The notes below the pieces were generated by a model. That model saw nothing but the letters and a program-made list of their open reading frames with translations. It did no database searches and was not told where the DNA came from. A stretch of DNA of 64,000 nucleotides, from NCBI GenBank assembly GCA_902605365.1, contig CACLCM010000006.1, forward strand, positions 7,121 to 71,120, read 5' to 3'. This document shows, one piece after another, positions 57,190 to 64,000 of the stretch (the first letter of the stretch is position 1; every line of letters starts with the position of its first letter). The translations under genes and the position numbers were made by a program. This stretch comes from an uncultured Candidatus Poseidoniales archaeon. GTDB lineage: Archaea; Thermoplasmatota; Poseidoniia; Poseidoniales; Poseidoniaceae.

Positions 57190-59673
57190 TCAGAACGAGA
57201 ATAGGGATGTTTGACGGTTTCCAGAAAGCAATTCTTTCGCACTCCACCCGAATGCTTCAGTAATTCTGCCAAAAGCAGTGGCTAAGCGGTCTGCATAGTA
57301 TTGGCCATCATATTCAGTCACAGGGTCTTCCTCCAACCAAGGCTGTATTTGCATAGGCCGGTTTCTTGCATTGGTAACAATGTATGATACTTTCATCCCA
57401 GGAGTGAAAGGAAGTCCTTTCTCTATCAATGCCTTTGCGGCATTGACCTGAATCATTGAATCTGGATTTGCATAATCTTTAGTGAAATTCCAACCTCCCT
57501 TACCATCGTTGGCTTTTTTGTCCCAACGTCCTTTACAGGATTTACTCATAATCAGGTCACGGACCGGAACTTCTCCATTCTTGGCGGCAGAAATTGTATC
57601 GATTGCTAGATTGATTGCTGCCTCTGAATCATCATCCAAAACATACCGGAACATCTGTTTCAATCCATCGGTGAGGTACCTGAATGAATCTGACCTTTGG
57701 GTTTCGTATCCTTTGATCATCATCTTTTCTTTTGGCCAAACAACTTGACCGACGTATCTCTTCTTTGCACCATGACTGAAGAAAACTGAAAGCCCGGTCT
57801 CAAATTCAAGTTCGGCGCTTGCTTCACTGAAACGCTGCGCAGTGCTGTGGCCGAACTCAATCATAGTATCATACGGGTTTTCGACGCCTTCGACTGGTGT
57901 CTTAACGAAGATTGAATCTGTATCTGAATACACAACATGTTGGCCTTCATCACCCAATTTTTGTATTATTGATTTGATATTCTGTCTGGCCCAGGCTGTG
58001 ATTGATTCTCCTAGTTGGCGGTGAGTGAAACGATAGAAGCCGCTTGCAAAAACACCGTAAAAAGAATTCATCAATATTTTCACAGCATATTGCATCTGGT
58101 CATGATAAGACTGGGTTGACTCGTCCTTAGCATCCCGCATTCCTGCTTTGTGAACATCTCTTTGAGCCATCAAATCTTCTAGCAATGTCGGAACCATTCC
58201 TCTCCTGCCACTCTCGTTACGGAATTTCGCACCAGTTGGGGATTCATACTCTTGTTCGTCAGCATCTGGCTGGTCAGTACTACTCTCGTCAATACGCGTG
58301 GTATAGCAAATATTTTTGCCAATCATAATCGAAGGGTACATCGATTTGAAATCGAGAATTGCAACCCAGCGATGTAGTCCTGCTTCTACATCGTGCACAT
58401 ATCCTCCTTCGATTTGACTTTCTTTTTTGTCGGCTGAACCAGTCAATGGAACTCCAATTGCAGTCCTATCTGCCATACGAATAACCAGTGAGTCAATCAA
58501 TTGTGATGTCGTACCATTTGCACTAGTATCGAGTGGAACCTTTGCAACTGCTGCTACTGCTTCTTTGCGACGGAATGCTTGGATTTTATGCATTATGTCT
58601 AAGGGTAATTCTGCGTCACGCAGACAGTATTCTACCACTACATCGGGACGAGCAGCCCACTCTTCGTCCATCTTTGAAGCATCAACATCCATCTTTTGCA
58701 TTTCTTCATCATCAGGAAATAGTAAGTTTGAGACAAATTTCAGAGTTTCACGTTGTGGTCTGAGGGCTTGACGTGCTTGCCACCAAGCGTCCATCACACA
58801 TCGCCCGCCTAGATTCCACGCCCTAGCAGTACCTCTAGTTGGATACAAGGTGTCTCTTCGTCGCCCCTCTTCAGAAGTAGATACTCGGCCCCAGCCCATC
58901 GTTGCGATTTTCAGGGATTTGTCACGTTTTGAGAGAAGATTCGCTCTATCTGAAATACGGCCCATGTCGAAATTATCAATATTGTATCCTGTGATAATAT
59001 CAGGGTCATTACTCCTTACCAGTTGAGTTAATTCTCGAAGAATTGATTCCTCATCACCATCAAATGTATGTCTTGTCCTTTCCCCTGTACCCATGTCTTC
59101 GATTACAGCAGCTGCACACAGAATTGTATCATGTGCAATCGATGTTTCAAGGTCAAATGAAAATATCTTGAAAGGCGCTGGGAAAGGCTCGCAGTGACGT
59201 GCTTCTTCCATAGTGATTTCTAGACAGATGTCAACGGGGTGGTCGCTCTCAACAACTTCCCCTTCTACACTTACGTGCATTGAAAGGTCGCCATCTAAGA
59301 AGAAGCGATTTACGAAGGGGATGTCTCCTGACAAAATTGTCCAGCTACCCTCGAGTTCTTTTCTCAGTTTAGGAACCATGAATGGTTGACCAACAAATAC
59401 CTTCCAAACAGGCTTTATTCCTAAGTCGGTCCATTTCATTTCAGGACCTTCGATTGCAACGACTTCTTCGGCAATCAACAGATGATCTGTGCCGGGTTTC
59501 CTTGTTTCATCCCATCTGCCAATAGGAGTAATCTCAAACCACGGTTTGACGCCGTGTACTCTAAGCAATACGGACTCACTGCTACGTGCCCTTGCCCATA
59601 ATTCCATGACTGTAGAATCGCCTACAGATGCATACCTGCCGGTGATGATTGCAACATCACCACTCCAGCGCAT
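57190..59673 (-). CDS. polB: Family B DNA polymerase with 3'-5' exonuclease
   Basis: FDLET, GYNIDNFD, YCLRD, DFKSMYPS, KILMNSFYG, YSDTDS and KKRY motifs; no intein. Confidence 0.95.
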   Translation of the reverse strand: MRWSGDVAIITGRYASVGDSTVMELWARARSSESVLLRVHGVKPWFEITPIGRWDETRKPGTDHLLIAEEVVAIEGPEMKWTDLGIKPVWKVFVGQPFMVPKLRKELEGSWTILSGDIPFVNRFFLDGDLSMHVSVEGEVVESDHPVDICLEITMEEARHCEPFPAPFKIFSFDLETSIAHDTILCAAAVIEDMGTGERTRHTFDGDEESILRELTQLVRSNDPDIITGYNIDNFDMGRISDRANLLSKRDKSLKIATMGWGRVSTSEEGRRRDTLYPTRGTARAWNLGGRCVMDAWWQARQALRPQRETLKFVSNLLFPDDEEMQKMDVDASKMDEEWAARPDVVVEYCLRDAELPLDIMHKIQAFRRKEAVAAVAKVPLDTSANGTTSQLIDSLVIRMADRTAIGVPLTGSADKKESQIEGGYVHDVEAGLHRWVAILDFKSMYPSIMIGKNICYTTRIDESSTDQPDADEQEYESPTGAKFRNESGRRGMVPTLLEDLMAQRDVHKAGMRDAKDESTQSYHDQMQYAVKILMNSFYGVFASGFYRFTHRQLGESITAWARQNIKSIIQKLGDEGQHVVYSDTDSIFVKTPVEGVENPYDTMIEFGHSTAQRFSEASAELEFETGLSVFFSHGAKKRYVGQVVWPKEKMMIKGYETQRSDSFRYLTDGLKQMFRYVLDDDSEAAINLAIDTISAAKNGEVPVRDLIMSKSCKGRWDKKANDGKGGWNFTKDYANPDSMIQVNAAKALIEKGLPFTPGMKVSYIVTNARNRPMQIQPWLEEDPVTEYDGQYYADRLATAFGRITEAFGWSAKELLSGNRQTSLFSF

Positions 59674-59719
59674 GTTACACCGTGAAAGTCGATAGGACAA
59701 CAACTTGTCGAAAGTGCAC

Positions 59720-59749
59720 ATTCAATGAAATTGCGCACAATCATTGAAT
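59720..59749. promoter_or_regulatory. Inverted repeat ATTCAATGA-N12-TCATTGAAT in the divergent polB/ilvE promoter
   Basis: Perfect 9-bp arms, each containing a TTGAAT box facing one gene. Confidence 0.5.
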
Positions 59750-59773
59750 ACCGGCGGGCTCTGGTACGTCACG

Positions 59774-60805
59774 ATGAGCGAAGCACCGGTCGATTGGGAC
59801 TCACTAACATTCTCGATGACCGAGACTGATAACATGTACATTGCAAAGACCACAATCGATGCACCATGGGAGCCAGGAGAGATGCATCCTTACGGAAATA
59901 TCTCAATTTCACCTGCTGCTGGAGTGATAAATTACGGACAAGGACTGTTTGAAGGAATGAAAGCATACCGCACCGCTGCTGGAAGAGTTGTATTATTCCG
60001 CCCAGAAGAAAATGCTAGGCGTATGCAGAGAGGTGCAGACCGATTGAAGATGCCGCCGGTTCCTGAATCGATTTTTATCGATGCAGTAGAGCAGTGTGTT
60101 CAACAAAATTCTCGCTGGATCCCTCCAATGGGTAAAGGCGCTCTATATGTGCGACCCCTGTTGAATGGAAGTGGGCCAGTACTTGGAGTTGCACCAGCTC
60201 CTGAATACACATTCATGATTTACGTAACACCTGTAGGCCCTTACTTCAAAGGCGGAATGTCTTGCATCAATTTGCTGATTAGTGACGAACACCATCGGGC
60301 TGCACCTGGCGGTTCTGGGGGAGTTAAAGCAATAGGAAATTATGCGCCGGGAATGATGCCATCAAAGAATGCAAAGGCAGCAGGTTATGCTGAAGTCATT
60401 TACTTGGATGCTGAAGAACACAAGTATGTCGAGGAGGTCGGTGCTGCAAATTTCTTCTGCCTCAAAGATGGAGTATTGTATACGCCTGAATTAACAGGGA
60501 CTATTCTTCCTGGAATCACACGTGATTCGATCATACACCTAGCGCGACACATGGGCTATGAAGTGGTCGAAAAGAAGGTCCCTGCAGAATTTGCTATGAG
60601 TGCTGAAGAAGCATTCTGTTGTGGAACTGCAGCAGTAATATCGCCAATCGGTTCAATCACACTGGGTGACAAAACCGCCACCTACTCGGACGGTTCAACC
60701 CCAGGAGAGTTGACTTTGAAATTGTATGATGCTCTAACAAATATACAAAATGAAGTTGATGAAGACCTCTTTGGATGGGTTCACCCTGTACCTGGGCTTA
60801 GCTGA
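59774..60805 (+). CDS. ilvE: Branched-chain amino acid aminotransferase (bacterial/plant group II type)
   Basis: NYGQGLFEGMKAYR, GGVKAIGNY (PLP Lys), ILPGITR and GTAAVISPIG motifs. Confidence 0.94.
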   Translation: MSEAPVDWDSLTFSMTETDNMYIAKTTIDAPWEPGEMHPYGNISISPAAGVINYGQGLFEGMKAYRTAAGRVVLFRPEENARRMQRGADRLKMPPVPESIFIDAVEQCVQQNSRWIPPMGKGALYVRPLLNGSGPVLGVAPAPEYTFMIYVTPVGPYFKGGMSCINLLISDEHHRAAPGGSGGVKAIGNYAPGMMPSKNAKAAGYAEVIYLDAEEHKYVEEVGAANFFCLKDGVLYTPELTGTILPGITRDSIIHLARHMGYEVVEKKVPAEFAMSAEEAFCCGTAAVISPIGSITLGDKTATYSDGSTPGELTLKLYDALTNIQNEVDEDLFGWVHPVPGLS

Positions 60806-60852
60806 ATACAGAGTTGTCACTTAGCAAGTCATTGCAAAGGACCCATCTCGGA

Positions 60853-61677
60853 TTATTTGTTGAATATTCGTTGTAACAAATTTCGATTCCCAATTCGATC
60901 TATTTCCCTTTGCAACAAAGTATTTTGTTCAGTTTTTTCTTTTAGTTGCAGCGACAAATTGTCCAAGTCGGTTTGTAATTTTTGAGCAATTTTATTCTCG
61001 CTCAGAGTCTCAATTAACTGTTCGATAGTAAATTGTTCAAAATCAATTATCGGGATTTGAGATTGTGGTACATTCTTATTTATCTTCAAATCTTCTAATT
61101 CCAGATATAGTTCAATATCATCTATCGAATGGTTACTTTTTATCCTTTTTACATCTCCTTTACTGATATTCCCAGAAGTGGATTGATTAATCAAATCTTT
61201 TTGAATTGGAGTAAGGTTTTCTGGCATAGTTTGGTTATTCCCCCTCATTTCTGCAATGAAATCCTCGTTTCCCAGAAGGTTATTTAGATCCTCTTGTAAC
61301 TTTGATTTGCAATGTTTTGTCGAAATCGACATTTGTAAATCGCCTCTCCCTGCAGCATTAGTGCAAAGTATACGCGCCCGTTTATCTAGGTTACACAATG
61401 ATGAAACTGAATATAAAAAACAAGCTAAGGTCAGTTTTTGAGGATATGTTTCGGGCGAATCATACTCGTCTAAAAATTTACCATCCTTACTAGATTTGAG
61501 ACTAATTCTGATTCGCGAAGCTTGTTTTTTAGGTAAACTACTATAACTCAAACCTTTTATTTCTCTATCTGCATTTTTCATTCTATCGACATATTCAATC
61601 GCCTTCTTAACAACAAGATTGAGGTTGTTAAAACTCATTGAAGAAAAGTCCGCTAGGTCGGAGATAGGGGCTGACAT
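60853..61677 (-). CDS. Hypothetical protein, AT-rich, with C-terminal coiled coil
   Basis: 274-aa ORF, visibly lower GC than its neighbours; no motif recognised. Confidence 0.65.
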   Translation of the reverse strand: MSAPISDLADFSSMSFNNLNLVVKKAIEYVDRMKNADREIKGLSYSSLPKKQASRIRISLKSSKDGKFLDEYDSPETYPQKLTLACFLYSVSSLCNLDKRARILCTNAAGRGDLQMSISTKHCKSKLQEDLNNLLGNEDFIAEMRGNNQTMPENLTPIQKDLINQSTSGNISKGDVKRIKSNHSIDDIELYLELEDLKINKNVPQSQIPIIDFEQFTIEQLIETLSENKIAQKLQTDLDNLSLQLKEKTEQNTLLQREIDRIGNRNLLQRIFNK

Positions 61678-61744
61678 ATCAATAAATGCACATTGTCCTT
61701 TAATAATCGTTGCAAAACCATTCGCAATGAATGATAAATTGTAA

Positions 61745-62860
<1,116 letters not shown>

Positions 62861-63011
62861 GTTAACACGTGTTTCAGTTTTAGTAAATATCTTTGCCGTT
62901 AACTTTAGGTATTTTTAGATAAAATACGTGTGAGACTTGTAATGTCATAATTTAAACGGTGTTCACAAACAGTTGCCTAAAATAATTCTCAGTACGAAAA
63001 TTAGTTTGGAT

Positions 63012-64000
63012 TTACATATGCGTATTATGAGTGATGCTCGTGGTTGTGTGCATCTTCCAAAGCTCCACACCACCATTCAATGTATCCACGTTTGTGAAAT
63101 ACATCTCTCCTTTATACTCTACAAATGATGGGCTATAAATTGAGCTTGGAGAAACAAGACCCTGAATCAACTCAGTGCCAACTGAAGTACCGTCACTCTC
63201 GAAGATTTTCCACTCAGAAGAACTAGAATCAAAGGCTACAAAGTAGAAATGGTTTCCAAACACTGTGAGGTGCTTCGGGCTACTGGAGTAGAAGCCTGGT
63301 AAAATATCAACTAAAAGTGATGTGTTAGTTGGGGTGCCATCTGTGACCCACAATTCACTCCCATTGTCATAATTATCCGCCTCGAAATATAACATGCCTT
63401 CAAACTCAAGGAAACTATCAGGCCAACTCGAATCTTGAGAAGAACCTACGTGGATGTCTACAAACATAGACGTCCCCTCCTCAGTACCATTAGTGCTCCA
63501 TAATTCCCAGCCATATGACCCATTGTTACCCATGAAGTACAGCTCGTCGTTAAACACCACTAACGGGCTCTGCGCACCAACGCCGTCATCTAAGCCATTC
63601 AAATTAGTCAATAGGTTCGTTCCAGCCGATGTACCATCTGTGCTCCATATTTCCCTTCCAATAGTGGTTAAAGATTCGAAATCATTGGAAGAAGCAGTGA
63701 AATACAACTTTCCGTCATAAACTTCAAAATTGCTCGGATAAGAACTGTTGCTGTCAAAAATAAAGATATCTTTGACAAGGTAAGTGCCAGAAACATCTCC
63801 GTTTGAGGTCCAAAGTTCATACCCATAATCGCCATCATTTGCCATGAACCACACGGCGTCATCGAAATAGGTCATTCCTGTTGGGTTACCACTGTCTGGG
63901 CCTGGGTAAATATCTTCAAGTTGGTAGGTCCCGGTTACAGTGCCATCTGTGCGCCATAATTCAACTCCGTCAACTCCATCGTTTGCACTGAAAATCAAAG
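63012..64000 (-). CDS. ELWxxDGT-repeat protein (5' end outside the window)
   Basis: ELWRTDGT, ELWTSNG, EIWSTDGT, ELWSTNGT and ELWVTDGT repeats. Confidence 0.9.
   Translation of the reverse strand, partial: LIFSANDGVDGVELWRTDGTVTGTYQLEDIYPGPDSGNPTGMTYFDDAVWFMANDGDYGYELWTSNGDVSGTYLVKDIFIFDSNSSYPSNFEVYDGKLYFTASSNDFESLTTIGREIWSTDGTSAGTNLLTNLNGLDDGVGAQSPLVVFNDELYFMGNNGSYGWELWSTNGTEEGTSMFVDIHVGSSQDSSWPDSFLEFEGMLYFEADNYDNGSELWVTDGTPTNTSLLVDILPGFYSSSPKHLTVFGNHFYFVAFDSSSSEWKIFESDGTSVGTELIQGLVSPSSIYSPSFVEYKGEMYFTNVDTLNGGVELWKMHTTTSITHNTHM

Noticed and set aside
57190..59673. Intein or inactivated PolB2-type polymerase
   Set aside because: Length is normal and all exonuclease and polymerase acidic motifs are present; YSDTDS is a tolerated variant.

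Overview
A 64 kb chromosomal segment of an archaeon. Gene content (eL24, eS28, L7Ae, aEF-1alpha, aIF5B, GINS, PolB, deoxyhypusine synthase, geranylgeranyl reductase), together with bacterial-type UvrB, IlvE and Mcc and many large acidic secreted proteins (TSP3, RCC1, PKD, ELWxxDGT, BNR), best fits Marine Group II Euryarchaeota (Ca. Poseidoniales). This placement is an inference. Core content covers leucine catabolism, heme/quinone/lipid maturation genes, repair, translation clusters, two tRNAs (Ile-GAT, Leu-CAA), a heavy-metal P1B ATPase cluster and PolB. Accessory-looking surface-protein blocks lie at about 17.7-27.6 kb and 60.8-64 kb. I saw no CRISPR array, transposase, integrase, intein or rRNA. 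The best candidates for undescribed biology are: (i) a MoxR-ParA-RHH-degenerate PIN locus whose two promoters share a 10-bp motif (possible partition or positioning system); (ii) a tandem PRC-barrel gene behind an AT-rich region with oppositely oriented mini-ORB-like repeats; (iii) an 871-aa head-rod-tail coiled-coil protein; (iv) surface proteins with nested or duplicated Cys-rich cassettes; (v) a non-canonical TT[CG]A[AT] promoter box about 30 nt upstream of start codons across the window. All family assignments come from motif recognition by eye; no database searches were run.
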